64,000 nt of DNA from an uncultured Agrococcus sp. (GTDB lineage: Bacteria; Actinomycetota; Actinomycetes; Actinomycetales; Microbacteriaceae), in contig NZ_CAMEFJ010000006.1 of the NCBI RefSeq assembly GCF_945915485.1, positions 918 to 64,917 on the forward strand, given 5' to 3'. Every line of letters begins with the position of its first letter. Positions within the stretch are counted from its first letter, which is position 1. Shown piece by piece: positions 37,950 through 48,291 of the stretch. The position numbers and the translations under genes were made by a program. Under the pieces are notes generated by a model. It saw only the letters and a list, made by a program, of their open reading frames with translations, was not told where the DNA came from and did no database searches.

Positions 37950-39004
37950 CGCTGCTCCGTCTTGCTCGAAGGAGCCTCGGTGCGGATGGCGGGGAGGATC
38001 TCGTGGAGTTCGGGCATGTGCCGCTCGGAGAGTCGTCTGCTGAATACCCAGTAGCTCCACGCCTGCGTTGCGATGACGGCCGGCACGGCAAGCAGTGCAA
38101 CAACCGACATGACCGTGAGCGTGTAGTCGCTGCTGGAGGCGTTCTCGACCGTAAGCGTGAACGCAGGGTCGATCATCGATGGCAGCACCGCGGGGTACGC
38201 GGCGGAGAAGATCGCAGCCACGCCCGCGGCCAGGAACACGCCCATCCCGACGAAGGATGCGCGCATCCTGTTCCGGATCGCCAGCGTCCATGCGATGAGA
38301 GCGGCGACCGCCGCGAGCCCCGTGAGCGCCCACGACGCCGACGTTCCGCTCCTGAACTGCACGATGAGCACCCAGAGCACGAGCGGCAGAATCCCGAGCG
38401 GCAGCCATCGAACATAGAACGCGCGGGCACGACGCTGCACTTCGCCGCCGGTCTTGAGCGTCAGGAAGAGCGCACCGTGCACAAGACTGAAGAACACGAG
38501 ACCCAGCCCGCCGATCACGGCCTCCGCCGAGAGCCAGGCGAACGGCCCGCCGACGCGGTCGCCGTACTCATCGATGGGCATTCCCGTGGTGGTGATGGCG
38601 AGCATGGCGCCGACACCGAATGATGCTACGAGCGCTGCGACCGCGTGCCCCGTGTCCCACAGGCGCACCCAGCGGGCCGTGTGGTGCTTGCTGCGGTACT
38701 CGATCGAGATTGCGCGCACGATGAGCGCCAGCAGCACGATCACGAGCGGCAGGTATAGCCCGGAGAAGAGGGATGCGTACCAGTTCGGGAACGCGGCGAA
38801 GATCGCCGCGCCGGCCGTGATCAGCCATACTTCGTTGCCGTCCCAGACCGGCCCGATCGAGTTGAGGATGAGGCGTCGCTGCTGTTGATTCCGCGCCGTG
38901 AGCGCGATGTGCATCCCGACGCCCATATCGAAGCACTCGAGGAACAGGTAACCGAACCAGAGCACCGCGATGATAGCGAACCAGAGCGTTGGCAAATCCA
39001 TCAC
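37946..39004 (-). CDS. cydB: Cytochrome bd oxidase subunit II
   Basis: FDMGVG, GPVWDGNEVWLITAGAAIFAAFP, LFSGLYLP. Confidence 0.95.
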   Translation of the reverse strand: MMDLPTLWFAIIAVLWFGYLFLECFDMGVGMHIALTARNQQQRRLILNSIGPVWDGNEVWLITAGAAIFAAFPNWYASLFSGLYLPLVIVLLALIVRAISIEYRSKHHTARWVRLWDTGHAVAALVASFGVGAMLAITTTGMPIDEYGDRVGGPFAWLSAEAVIGGLGLVFFSLVHGALFLTLKTGGEVQRRARAFYVRWLPLGILPLVLWVLIVQFRSGTSASWALTGLAAVAALIAWTLAIRNRMRASFVGMGVFLAAGVAAIFSAAYPAVLPSMIDPAFTLTVENASSSDYTLTVMSVVALLAVPAVIATQAWSYWVFSRRLSERHMPELHEILPAIRTEAPSSKTEQR

Positions 39005-39043
39005 TTCACGCTCCCTTCGATTGCAACGGCGCGGATGCCGGGG

Positions 39044-40654
39044 TCAGAATGCGAAATCGAGAACATCGTCATCGGTCTTCGACCTCCTCGTTCGTACCGA
39101 ATCGTCGTCGCTCAGATGGTCGTCGGCGTCGTCTTCGTGCTGACCGAACGCCTCCGGCATCGCGGAAGCGACGCCTCCACGCACGTACTTCGCCATCAGA
39201 AACAGCTCGACCAGCAGCAGGACGCCGTACGTGAGCGTGAAGGCGGTCAGCGAGAAGAGCAGCTCGCCGGCGCTCACACCCGGCGAGACCGCCGCCGCCG
39301 TGAACAGAAAGATGTTCTGTTCGATCTCGGGGTTCGGCGCGACGACGAACGGCTGCCTGCCCATCTCGGTGAACACCCAGCCAGCGGTGTTCGCGAGGAA
39401 GGATGCAGCGATGCTGAGGACTGCAGCGCGCATGAGCAGTGTGGATGCCGGCACCGTGCCCTTCCTCGTCAGCCACAGGGAAAGCAGACACGTACCCGCG
39501 GCAAGCGCTCCGAAACCGATCATGAGCCTGAACCCCCAGTACGTCACCTCCATCTGCGGCAGGTAGTCGATCTCCGCTCCCGAATAGTCGCCGTAGCGGT
39601 CGTCGACGGGCAGGTGCGTTCCGTATCTCGCTTCGTAGACGGGCAGCAGGTCGTTGATACCGGGTACCTCGGTCGTGAAGTCCCCCTTGGCCAGGAACGA
39701 GAGCACCCCGGGCACTTCCAGGACGGGCACGACATCGTCGCAGGACTGCGAGCCCAGGTCTCCGACCGTGAGGATCGAGAATGCCGTGCCCGTGTGGCAC
39801 GCGCCCTCAGCACTCGCCATCTTGAGCGGCTGCTGCTCGTACATCAGCTTGCCGAGCCAGTCGCCCGTGAGCGCAACACCGCTGAAGGCGATGAGGCCGA
39901 CGACGGCTCCGAGCCGGAGCGACTTGATCCAGACGCTGCGATCGCGTCGGTCGCGCCCCACGATCTCCTGCGCTTCCCCGACGATCACGCGGCCGTCCTC
40001 GTCGACCGTGTCGATGCCGTCGCGGCGCCGTCGCCACAGGTGATACCAGGAGACGCCCAGCAGGATTCCCCCTCCCACGGCGAGTGCCCCGCAGATCGCG
40101 TGGGAGAACGCGGCAAGCGCCGTGTTGTTCGTGAGCACCGCCCAGATGTCGTTCAGCACCGGGCGGCCATCCACCAGTTCGACGCCGACGGGGTGCTGCA
40201 TCCACGAGTTCGCGACGATGATGAAGAACGCCGACATGATGGATGCCCAGACCGCGCCCGCGAGCGCCAACAGGTGCACTCGCTTCGGCAGTCGCTTCCA
40301 GCCGAAGATCCAGGCGCCCAGGAAGATCGATTCGAAGAAGAACGCGAGCAGGCCCTCCATCGCGAGCGGTGCTCCGAACACGTCGCCGACGAATCGGGAG
40401 TATTCGCTCCATGCGAGCCCGAACTGGAACTCCTGCACGATGCCGGTTGCGACGCCCATGATGAAGTTGATCAGGTAGATCTTGCCCCAGAACTTGGTCA
40501 TTCTGAGCCAGAGCTCGTTACCGGTGCGCATCCAGCGCCACTGCATGAACACCAGGATCGGGCCGAGGCCGATCGTGAGCGGCACCATCCAGTAGTGGTA
40601 GACGGTCGTGATACCGAACTGCCATCTGGCGATCATCACCGGATCGAGTTCCAT
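39044..40654 (-). CDS. cydA: Cytochrome bd oxidase subunit I
   Basis: ARWQFG..YHY.MVP, GVATGIVQEFQFG, ANSWMQHP, QPLKMASAE, EMGRQPF; start set at ATG 40654. Confidence 0.95.
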   Translation of the reverse strand: MELDPVMIARWQFGITTVYHYWMVPLTIGLGPILVFMQWRWMRTGNELWLRMTKFWGKIYLINFIMGVATGIVQEFQFGLAWSEYSRFVGDVFGAPLAMEGLLAFFFESIFLGAWIFGWKRLPKRVHLLALAGAVWASIMSAFFIIVANSWMQHPVGVELVDGRPVLNDIWAVLTNNTALAAFSHAICGALAVGGGILLGVSWYHLWRRRRDGIDTVDEDGRVIVGEAQEIVGRDRRDRSVWIKSLRLGAVVGLIAFSGVALTGDWLGKLMYEQQPLKMASAEGACHTGTAFSILTVGDLGSQSCDDVVPVLEVPGVLSFLAKGDFTTEVPGINDLLPVYEARYGTHLPVDDRYGDYSGAEIDYLPQMEVTYWGFRLMIGFGALAAGTCLLSLWLTRKGTVPASTLLMRAAVLSIAASFLANTAGWVFTEMGRQPFVVAPNPEIEQNIFLFTAAAVSPGVSAGELLFSLTAFTLTYGVLLLVELFLMAKYVRGGVASAMPEAFGQHEDDADDHLSDDDSVRTRRSKTDDDVLDFAF

Positions 40655-40675
40655 GTGGGTCTCCCTCGCGATGAG

Positions 40676-40732
40676 TTCTACCGTGCGTAGAAGTCGTGAT
40701 TCCACACTAGATCATTTCTACGCCACGTAGAA
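40676..40732. promoter_or_regulatory. Two BlaI-type palindromic operators between cydA and blaI
   Basis: TTCTAC-CGTGC-GTAGAA (40676-40692) and TTCTAC-GCCAC-GTAGAA (40716-40732). Confidence 0.8.
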
Positions 40733-40763
40733 GTCCTCGGCGTTTCCCGCTACGCTGTTGCTC

Positions 40764-41120
40764 ATGGGGGAACTCGAACGTCGCATCATGGATCTGCTGT
40801 GGGATGCCGGCAGGCCGCTCACCGCCGCGGAACTCCGCGACTCCCTCGATACCGACGGCACGGAGACGCCCGCCATCACGACCGTGCTGACCGTGCTGAG
40901 CCGACTCGAGCGCAAGGACTTCGTGCGCCGCGACCGGAAGCGTCGCCCGCACCTGTACGAACCCGCTCGCTCGCGAGCGGAGCACATGGCGGAACTCATG
41001 CACGACGTGCTGCGACACAGCCCCGAGCAGGAAGCCGTGCTCGCCCGCTTCGTGCGCAGTGCCGGCCCGAAAGAGGCCGAGCTGCTGCGTAACCTGCTGA
41101 ACGACGAGCCGGCGCCCTGA
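40764..41120 (+). CDS. blaI: BlaI/MecI/CopY family repressor
   Basis: MGELERRIMDLLW, TTVLTVLSRLERK.FV.R, winged helix. Confidence 0.92.
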   Translation: MGELERRIMDLLWDAGRPLTAAELRDSLDTDGTETPAITTVLTVLSRLERKDFVRRDRKRRPHLYEPARSRAEHMAELMHDVLRHSPEQEAVLARFVRSAGPKEAELLRNLLNDEPAP

Positions 41121-41130
41121 CCGAGCAAGT

Positions 41131-42093
41131 GTGACGCTCACGGCCCTTTCGTTCGCGCTCGCCGCGCTCGCGGTAGCGCTTGCCTGGCCGGTGCCGATTC
41201 TGCTGGATCGCGCGCGCTGGCCCAGCAGGGCTCCCGCGCTGACGCTGCTGCTGTGGCAGGCGATCGCGCTCGCCGGCGGGTTGTCGATGATCGGTTCGCT
41301 CGTCGTCTTCGGCCTGGCCCCGTTCGGTGACTCGCTTCCCTCAGCGATCGCCACGGCGGTAACGGGCGCATTCACCTGGACCTGGCAGGACGGCTTCACG
41401 GTGTTCCATGCCGCTGCGCTCGTGTTCGGCGCGTTGCTGTTCGCGCACCTCACGCTCAGCCTCATCGTCACCACGACCCGTACCGTCCGCGGCGTGCGCC
41501 GCCATCGCGAGCTGCTGGAGCTGCTGAGCAACCCTGCGCCGGGCGACGAAACAACGCGCATCGTCGACGACGAATCGCCGTTCGCCTACTGCCTGCCGGG
41601 CATGACCGACAGCGTCACCGTGCTCTCCGACGGCCTCATCCGACAACTCACACCGACGCAGTTGCGGGCTGTCGTCGAGCACGAGCGCGCGCACCTGCAG
41701 CAGCGGCACAACATCGTGCTCACGCTCTTCGCTGCGTGGGCGATCGCGCTCCCCTGGTTCCCGGTTGCGACACGCGCTCGCCGATCGGTCGAACTGCTCA
41801 TCGAGATGCTGGCCGACGACATGGCGCGCCGGACGGTGCCCGCACGGGATGTCGCGGAGGCGATCAAGCACATCGCCGTCGGTTCCAGCACGGGCGGCAG
41901 CCACGCGGCAGCGATCGGCGCGCCGGCCGCCGACGATGACGCAGATGAGAGCGATACGGGCCGACCGCTCCCGGCAGAGCTGCGGATCCGCCGCCTGCTC
42001 GCACCCCCTGAGCCTCTGCCGATCGCGGGAAGGTTCGGCCTCGTCGCAGTATCCGTCCTGCTCGTCGGTGTGCCGACCGTCGCCATGCTGTGA
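41131..42093 (+). CDS. M56 family membrane metallopeptidase (BlaR1-like, no penicillin-binding domain)
   Basis: N-terminal TMs, AYCLPG, HERAHL zinc motif, EMLADD; follows blaI. Confidence 0.9.
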   Translation: MTLTALSFALAALAVALAWPVPILLDRARWPSRAPALTLLLWQAIALAGGLSMIGSLVVFGLAPFGDSLPSAIATAVTGAFTWTWQDGFTVFHAAALVFGALLFAHLTLSLIVTTTRTVRGVRRHRELLELLSNPAPGDETTRIVDDESPFAYCLPGMTDSVTVLSDGLIRQLTPTQLRAVVEHERAHLQQRHNIVLTLFAAWAIALPWFPVATRARRSVELLIEMLADDMARRTVPARDVAEAIKHIAVGSSTGGSHAAAIGAPAADDDADESDTGRPLPAELRIRRLLAPPEPLPIAGRFGLVAVSVLLVGVPTVAML

Positions 42094-42122
42094 GGCGTCG
42101 GCGACGAGCGACACAGCGCCGA

Positions 42123-42141
42123 CTGGGTAAGGCCTACCTAA
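42123..42141. promoter_or_regulatory. DtxR/IdeR-type iron box upstream of sdhC
   Basis: CTGGGTAAGGCCTACCTAA matches consensus TWAGGTWAGSCTWACCTWA at 16 of 19 positions. Confidence 0.65.
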
Positions 42142-42192
42142 CTTCGCTTCGGGCGTAGACTGGATACGTCTCTTGATCAAGAAGTAAGGGGA

Positions 42193-42624
42193 ATGCGCGT
42201 GTCCACAAGCACCAGCAACCTCGCAGACGAGACTCCAAAGCCTTCGAAGAACCGCATCGTAGGAACGCTCTACCGCGGAAACGAAGGCATGTGGTCGTGG
42301 GTACTGCACCGAATCACCGGTATTGCAATCTATTTCTTCCTCCTGGTGCACGTGCTCGACACGGCGACTGTGCGCATCAGCCCCGAGGTCTACAACGCCA
42401 TCATCGGCGCATACAAGAACCCGATCATGGGTCTCGGTGAGATCGCACTCGTCGGCGCCGTCGTACTGCACGCGCTGAACGGCATCCGCATCATCCTGGT
42501 CGACATGTTCCCGGCCGTCACTCGCGTTCAGCGTCAACTGTTCTGGGGCGTCGTCGGCATCTCCCTGGTGTTGATCATCGCATTCTCGATCCGCCACATC
42601 CCCAACGTGTTCGGAGCGCACTGA
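42193..42624 (+). CDS. sdhC: Succinate dehydrogenase cytochrome b556 subunit
   Basis: GTLYRG.EGMWSWVLHRITG, HALNGIRIILVD (GTG 42199 alternative start). Confidence 0.94.
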   Translation: MRVSTSTSNLADETPKPSKNRIVGTLYRGNEGMWSWVLHRITGIAIYFFLLVHVLDTATVRISPEVYNAIIGAYKNPIMGLGEIALVGAVVLHALNGIRIILVDMFPAVTRVQRQLFWGVVGISLVLIIAFSIRHIPNVFGAH

Positions 42625-43076
42625 TGACGATCGATAACCCGAACTACGCCTACCCCGCGCGCTCCACCAAGCGTCGCGGCATCAACCTCGAAAAGGCCGG
42701 CTGGATCTTCATGCGCGTCTCCGGCGTCGTGCTGATCGTGCTGATCTTCGGACACCTCTTCTACAACCTGATGTGGACCCCCGGTGGCATTCAGGCCATC
42801 GACTTCGGCTTCGTCGGTGGCAAGTTCGCGAACCCGTTCTGGCAGTGGTACGACGTCATCATGCTATGGCTGGCGATCATCCACGGCTCCAACGGCGTCC
42901 GCACGATCGTCAACGACTACGTACACAACAAGACGGTGCGCGGAGTCCTCCTCTGGGCCATCCTGCTCGCAGGCGCCGTGCTCATCGTGCTCGGCACCCT
43001 CATCACGTTCACATTCGACCCGTGCCCGACCGGCGCATCCGCTGAGCTGCTGCCGTCGTTCTGCGCGGACCTGTAG
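42624..43076 (+). CDS. sdhD: Succinate dehydrogenase membrane anchor
   Basis: WIFMRVSG, HGSNGVRTIVNDY. Confidence 0.94.
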   Translation: MTIDNPNYAYPARSTKRRGINLEKAGWIFMRVSGVVLIVLIFGHLFYNLMWTPGGIQAIDFGFVGGKFANPFWQWYDVIMLWLAIIHGSNGVRTIVNDYVHNKTVRGVLLWAILLAGAVLIVLGTLITFTFDPCPTGASAELLPSFCADL

Positions 43077-43096
43077 CGAGAAGCTCGTAAAGGACT

Positions 43097-44908
43097 ATGG
43101 CAACTTTGAAGAAGAACTCGACCGCTGGCGAGATTCGCGACGGCATCCACTATCACCAGCACGACGTCGTCATCGTCGGCGCGGGAGGAGCGGGGATGCG
43201 CGCCGCTATCGAGGCGGCCCCGCACGCATCCACCGCGGTGATCACCAAGCTGTATCCCACCCGTTCGCACACGGGCGCAGCGCAGGGCGGCATGGCCGCA
43301 GCGCTTGCCAACGTTGAAGAAGACAACAACGAATGGCACACCTACGACACCGTCAAGGGTGGCGACTACCTCGTCGACCAGGACTCCGCCGAGATCCTGA
43401 CCCGCGAGGCCATCGACGCCGTGCTCGACCTCGAGAACATGGGTCTGCCTTTCAACCGCACACCGGAGGGCAAGATCGACCAGCGTCGATTCGGCGGCCA
43501 TACGCGCGAACACGGTAAAGCTCCCGTTCGCCGCGCCTGCTACGCAGCCGACCGCACCGGTCACATGATCCTGCAGACGCTCTACCAGAACTGCGTCAAG
43601 CACGGCGTGAACTTCTTCAACGAGTTCTACGCGCTCGATCTCGTCATGGCGGAGGTCGACGGCAAGCAGCGCGTCGCAGGCGTCGTCGCCTACGACCTGG
43701 CAACCGGTGACATCCACGTTTTCCAGGGCAAGTCGGTCGTCTTCGCAACCGGCGGCTTCGGCAAGATCTTCAAGACCACCTCGAACGCCCACACGCTCAC
43801 GGGCGACGGTGTCGGCATCATCTGGCGCAAGGGTCTGCCGCTCGAGGACATGGAGTTCTATCAGTTCCACCCGACCGGCCTGGCCGGGCTCGGCATCCTG
43901 CTGACAGAGGGCGCCCGCGGAGAGGGCGCGATCCTCCGCAACGCCTCCGGTGAACGATTCATGGAGCGCTACGCACCCACGATCAAGGACCTCGCACCGC
44001 GCGACATCGTCGCACGCTCGATGGTGCAGGAAGTGCTCGACGGTCGCGGAGCCGGCCCGAACAAGGACTACGTGTACCTCGACTGCACCCACCTCGGAGC
44101 CGAAGTACTCGAGGAGAAGCTGCCGGACATCACGGAGTTCGCGCGCACCTACCTGGGCGTCGACCCGGTCGTCGAGCGCGTACCCGTCTACCCGACAGCG
44201 CACTACGCGATGGGCGGCATCCCGACCAACAACGACGCCGAGGTGCTCGCCGACAACGAGACCGTCGTGCCCGGCCTCTACGCGGCCGGTGAGTGCGCCT
44301 GCGTTTCCGTGCACGGCGCGAACCGTCTCGGCACGAACTCACTGCTCGACATCAACGTGTTCGGCAAGCGCGCCGGCGTGAACGCCGTCGAATACTCGAA
44401 GACCGCCGATTTCGTCGACCTGCCCAGTGACTCGGCAGGGGAAGTCGTCGGGATGCTGCAGCAGCTCCGCGATGGCACCGGCGAGGAGTCCGTGGCGCAG
44501 ATCCGCAAGGAGCTGCAGGAGGCCATGGACATGAACGCCCAGGTCTTCCGCACGGAAGAGACGCTGACCCGGGCCACTGAGATCGTGGCCGGGCTCCGTG
44601 ATCGCTACAGGAATGTCAAGATCCACGATCGCGGCAAGCGCTTCAACACGGACCTGCTGGAGGCCGTCGAGCTCGGCTTTCTGCTCGATCTCGCCGAGGT
44701 GCTCGTGCTGTGCGCGCTCAACCGCAAGGAGTCTCGCGGAGCGCACATGCGCGACGACTACCCGAAGCGCGACGACGAGAACTTCATGCAGCACACTATG
44801 GCCTATCTTTCCGGCGACCCGCACTCGTCGACGGCAGTGGACCACATCCGCCTGGATTGGAAACCCGTCCGTGGTGGCAAATACGAACCGCAGGAACGAA
44901 AGTACTAG
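43097..44908 (+). CDS. sdhA: Succinate dehydrogenase flavoprotein
   Basis: [16 protein letters not shown] covalent FAD His, QFHPTG, HYAMGG, HGANRLG. Confidence 0.97.
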   Translation: MATLKKNSTAGEIRDGIHYHQHDVVIVGAGGAGMRAAIEAAPHASTAVITKLYPTRSHTGAAQGGMAAALANVEEDNNEWHTYDTVKGGDYLVDQDSAEILTREAIDAVLDLENMGLPFNRTPEGKIDQRRFGGHTREHGKAPVRRACYAADRTGHMILQTLYQNCVKHGVNFFNEFYALDLVMAEVDGKQRVAGVVAYDLATGDIHVFQGKSVVFATGGFGKIFKTTSNAHTLTGDGVGIIWRKGLPLEDMEFYQFHPTGLAGLGILLTEGARGEGAILRNASGERFMERYAPTIKDLAPRDIVARSMVQEVLDGRGAGPNKDYVYLDCTHLGAEVLEEKLPDITEFARTYLGVDPVVERVPVYPTAHYAMGGIPTNNDAEVLADNETVVPGLYAAGECACVSVHGANRLGTNSLLDINVFGKRAGVNAVEYSKTADFVDLPSDSAGEVVGMLQQLRDGTGEESVAQIRKELQEAMDMNAQVFRTEETLTRATEIVAGLRDRYRNVKIHDRGKRFNTDLLEAVELGFLLDLAEVLVLCALNRKESRGAHMRDDYPKRDDENFMQHTMAYLSGDPHSSTAVDHIRLDWKPVRGGKYEPQERKY

Positions 44909-44916
44909 GGGGGACG

Positions 44917-45723
44917 ATGACTGAGGCAACGAAGGAGACTCCCGCACCGAATGCGGAGATCGAGGAAGAGATCGAGACGGTCGTCGAGATCGACGAGGCC
45001 GAGGAGGCTCCGCAGTCGTTCACAGTGACGCTGAACATTCGCCGCTACGACCCTGAGGTCGACGACGAGCCGCGCTGGGTGGACTACGACGTCGAAATGT
45101 ATCCGACGGAGCGCATCCTGGACGCCCTGCACCGCATCAAGTGGGAGCAGGACCCGACGCTCGCGTTCCGCCGCTCGTGCGCCCACGGCATCTGCGGTTC
45201 GGATGCGATGCGCATCAACGGCCGCAACCGTCTCGCGTGCAAGGCGCTCGTGAAGGACTTCGACATCTCTCGCCCCGTCTACGTCGAGGCGATCAAGGGC
45301 CTGCCGCTCGAAAAGGACCTCATCGTCGACATGGAGCCGTTCTTCGACTCCTACCGTGAGATCCAGCCCTTCCTGCAGGCGTCGAGCAAGCCGGAGCGCG
45401 AGCGTCATCAGACGATCGAACAGCGCGCTCGCTTCGACGACACCACGAAGTGCATCCTCTGCGCCGCGTGCACGACATCCTGCCCCGTGTTCTGGACCGA
45501 CGGTCAGTACTTCGGGCCGGCCGCGATCGTGAACGCGCACCGGTTCATCTTCGACTCTCGTGACGAGGCGTCGCAGGTTCGCCTCGACATCCTCAACGAC
45601 CGCGAGGGCGTGTGGCGCTGCCGCACCACCTTCAACTGCACCGACGCGTGCCCGCGCGGTATCGAGGTCACGAAGGCCATCGCCGAGGTGAAGCAGGCGA
45701 TGATGCGAGGCGTGAAGCTGTAA
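44917..45723 (+). CDS. sdhB: Succinate dehydrogenase iron-sulfur subunit
   Basis: SCAHGICGSD, CILCAACTTSCP, CRTTFNCTDACP; start set at ATG 44917. Confidence 0.96.
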   Translation: MTEATKETPAPNAEIEEEIETVVEIDEAEEAPQSFTVTLNIRRYDPEVDDEPRWVDYDVEMYPTERILDALHRIKWEQDPTLAFRRSCAHGICGSDAMRINGRNRLACKALVKDFDISRPVYVEAIKGLPLEKDLIVDMEPFFDSYREIQPFLQASSKPERERHQTIEQRARFDDTTKCILCAACTTSCPVFWTDGQYFGPAAIVNAHRFIFDSRDEASQVRLDILNDREGVWRCRTTFNCTDACPRGIEVTKAIAEVKQAMMRGVKL

Positions 45724-45815
45724 CGCCACCCCGAACGCCAAGCACCCGAACTCCGCGCTCCCGCACAGCGGGGCAGTAGTCCCACCTGGGATGCGCGGCG
45801 TTCGGGTTGCGGCGT

Positions 45816-46481
45816 CTACGAGACTCGCTGGGTCAGTTCCCGGTACAGGTCTTCTGTGTAACCTGCGAGTTCTTGGGTCGTAATACCCGAGGTCGAATAC
45901 GCGGTCACGGCGATGTACCCGTCATCACCGACCATGAAGCAGGTGTACCAGGCAATCTCCGTGCTCGACTGGGAGTTGTCGGTTCCGCAGACCGCGGGGC
46001 CGACGTAACGCAGATTGTCGTAGCTTGCGAGTCGGTTGTTGTATCCGACGTAGTCCTGCGCGACGGTCACCGAGAGAATCTGGTAGTCGGGGCTCGTGTA
46101 GATCGTCGTGACGAAGTTGCTGTAGTGCGTGATCTGCGACGAATGCGTGAAATCGCCGAGTGCATCCGGGAACTCGATCATGAGCGAATCCGGCCAGATG
46201 CGATCCGGCTCGTACCTCGGCGGCGTGGCATCGTGACGCGGCGTGCTGTTGTCAGCTCGCGACAGCCCATCGGAATCCTCCTCGTCGGGGAGGTATTCGC
46301 TTTCGGGCGGCAGGCCGGAGTCCTTCGTCACCTCCGGCTGCGAGTTCGGCACGTCTTCCGCTGTCGGTGCGGGGTCCTGATTGACGAATGTGGGTGCCGA
46401 CGAGCATGCGGAGAGAACGAATCCGGCAAGCAGCATCGTGGCGAGCGCCCATGCGCGCCGCCTCGAACGCCGATTCGGCAT
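45816..46481 (-). CDS. Hypothetical lipoprotein
   Basis: Basic N-terminus, hydrophobic stretch, LSAC lipobox, P/E/D-rich linker, small C-terminal domain with two Cys. Confidence 0.7.
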   Translation of the reverse strand: MPNRRSRRRAWALATMLLAGFVLSACSSAPTFVNQDPAPTAEDVPNSQPEVTKDSGLPPESEYLPDEEDSDGLSRADNSTPRHDATPPRYEPDRIWPDSLMIEFPDALGDFTHSSQITHYSNFVTTIYTSPDYQILSVTVAQDYVGYNNRLASYDNLRYVGPAVCGTDNSQSSTEIAWYTCFMVGDDGYIAVTAYSTSGITTQELAGYTEDLYRELTQRVS

Positions 46482-46593
46482 GCTCACCCCCACAACTTCG
46501 GCAAAGACCGTCCTATGGCCGTGCTTCGCCATGCTACTCACCGTTCGGGGGAACTGGCTGGGAAGGCGCTTGACGCTCGCTATCGGGGTGCTA

Positions 46594-48237
46594 CTACAGG
46601 ACGGCTTCTCTCGCACCTCTCGCGCTCGTGGCGTGGAGCGCTTTGATCGCGCGTTCCTTCGCCTCTTCCATCGTCACCGTCAGCAGTTCGGCCCGCACAT
46701 CCGCGAGCGCCGCTGGCGACATCGACAGGCTGGTGACGCCGAGCCCGACGAGCACAACCGCGAGGGCCGGATCCGCGGCAGCTTCGCCGCACACACCGAC
46801 GGGGGTGTCCAGCGCAGCTCCCGCATCCCCGAGTCGTTCGATGAGCCGCAGAACGGCTGGGTGCCACGGGTCCTGGAACTGCGCGACGGTGCCGAGCATG
46901 CGGTCGGCAGCGAAGGTGTACTGCGTCAGATCGTTCGTGCCGATCGAGACGAAGTCGGCGTGCTTCATGACCTGATCGGCGAGCACCGCGATCGACGGCA
47001 CCTCCGCCATCGCGCCAACGGTCTTCAACCCGTACTCGCGTCCGATGGCGACGAAGTACTCGGTCTCTTCCGCGTTGGCGATCATGGGTGCCATAACCCA
47101 CAGGTCCGCGTTCGTGGCGGCGTCGGCATCCGCGAGGGCCTTGAGCTGATCGCGCAGGATGTTCTCGTTCTTCTCCAGCGCACGAATACCGCGAAGACCC
47201 AGTGCGGGGTTCTCCTCATCGGCGTCGTTCAGGAACGACAGCGGCTTGTCGGCACCCGCGTCGAGCACGCGCACGACCACCTTCTTGCCTTCGAATGCGC
47301 TCAGCATAGCTGCGTACTGCTCGGTCTGCCATTCGACGCTCGGCGGCTCTTTCGCGTCGAGGAAGAGGAACTCGGTACGGAAGAGCCCAACACCCTCTGC
47401 GCCGAGCTTCACCGCCTCCGCAGCCTCCTCGGGGCGGCCGAGGTTCGCGAGCAGCTGCACCTGCGTTCCGTCTGCGAGTGCTCCGGGCGTGATAGGGGCG
47501 GATGCCGCCTCACTGCGCCGGGAACGCTCGGCGAGCGCCGCCGCGATCTCGCGGTCGCTGGGATCGAGCGTCACCTCGCCCGTGCGGGCATCCGCAATGA
47601 TGCCCTGTTCGTCGCTCACGGCATCCAGCAGGCCCGAGACTCCGACGATCGCCGTGATCGATTTCGCACGAGCCAGGATGGCGGTGTGCGACGTGGGTCC
47701 GCCGTCCTGCGTCACGAGCGCCTGCACCTTGTCGAGATCGAGCGTCGCGGTGTCAGCGGGCGCGAGGTCTCGCGCGACAAGCACGAACGGTTCGTCGCTC
47801 TCCGGGACACCGGGCGCGGGAACACCGCGCAGCCTCGCGATGACGCGCTGCGCAACATCGTCGAGGTCTGTCGCACGCTCGGCCATGTAGCCGCCGAGTG
47901 CGACGAGCATCTGCTTGAACTGCCCGAAAGCCTCCTGCACCGCGTATTCGGCGTTGACGCCCGCGCGGATGCGCGACGCGACGTCGTCCGCGAGAGCAGG
48001 ATCCTGCGCCATGAGCGAGGCGGCCTGCAGAACATCCTGGGCCTCACCGCCGACGACCTCACCGCGCTCGTGCAGTTCTTGCGCGACGGCCGCGAGCGCT
48101 TCGCTCGCTCTGCTCGCTTCCGCGTCGCCGTCACCTCCGTGCTGGGCATCGGTCGGCGGTGTGAGCTTTTCTGGCATTCTCAGCGCCTTGCCTGCGGCAA
48201 TACCGCGGCCGACGCCGACTCCGTGCATCGTGGACAT
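46594..48237 (-). CDS. ptsI: PTS enzyme I (PEP-protein phosphotransferase)
   Basis: GGPTSHTAIL phospho-His, GVGLFRTEFLF, ENPALGLRG, SIGTNDLTQY, GVCGE. Confidence 0.95.
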   Translation of the reverse strand: MSTMHGVGVGRGIAAGKALRMPEKLTPPTDAQHGGDGDAEASRASEALAAVAQELHERGEVVGGEAQDVLQAASLMAQDPALADDVASRIRAGVNAEYAVQEAFGQFKQMLVALGGYMAERATDLDDVAQRVIARLRGVPAPGVPESDEPFVLVARDLAPADTATLDLDKVQALVTQDGGPTSHTAILARAKSITAIVGVSGLLDAVSDEQGIIADARTGEVTLDPSDREIAAALAERSRRSEAASAPITPGALADGTQVQLLANLGRPEEAAEAVKLGAEGVGLFRTEFLFLDAKEPPSVEWQTEQYAAMLSAFEGKKVVVRVLDAGADKPLSFLNDADEENPALGLRGIRALEKNENILRDQLKALADADAATNADLWVMAPMIANAEETEYFVAIGREYGLKTVGAMAEVPSIAVLADQVMKHADFVSIGTNDLTQYTFAADRMLGTVAQFQDPWHPAVLRLIERLGDAGAALDTPVGVCGEAAADPALAVVLVGLGVTSLSMSPAALADVRAELLTVTMEEAKERAIKALHATSARGAREAVL

Positions 48238-48291
48238 GGACTCAGACTACGCTGTTTACGAGACCCAACGCGAGGCAGCCGGAGGTGGACC

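Noticed and set aside
37950-38408. N-terminal extension of CydDC in the ORF track
   Set aside because: Overlaps cydB in another frame; a coupled GTGA start at 37949 fits better
46381-48291. Apparent 975-aa ORF extending YihY upstream
   Set aside because: The extension is the antisense of ptsI; a GGAGG SD and GTG at 48292 give a normal YihY
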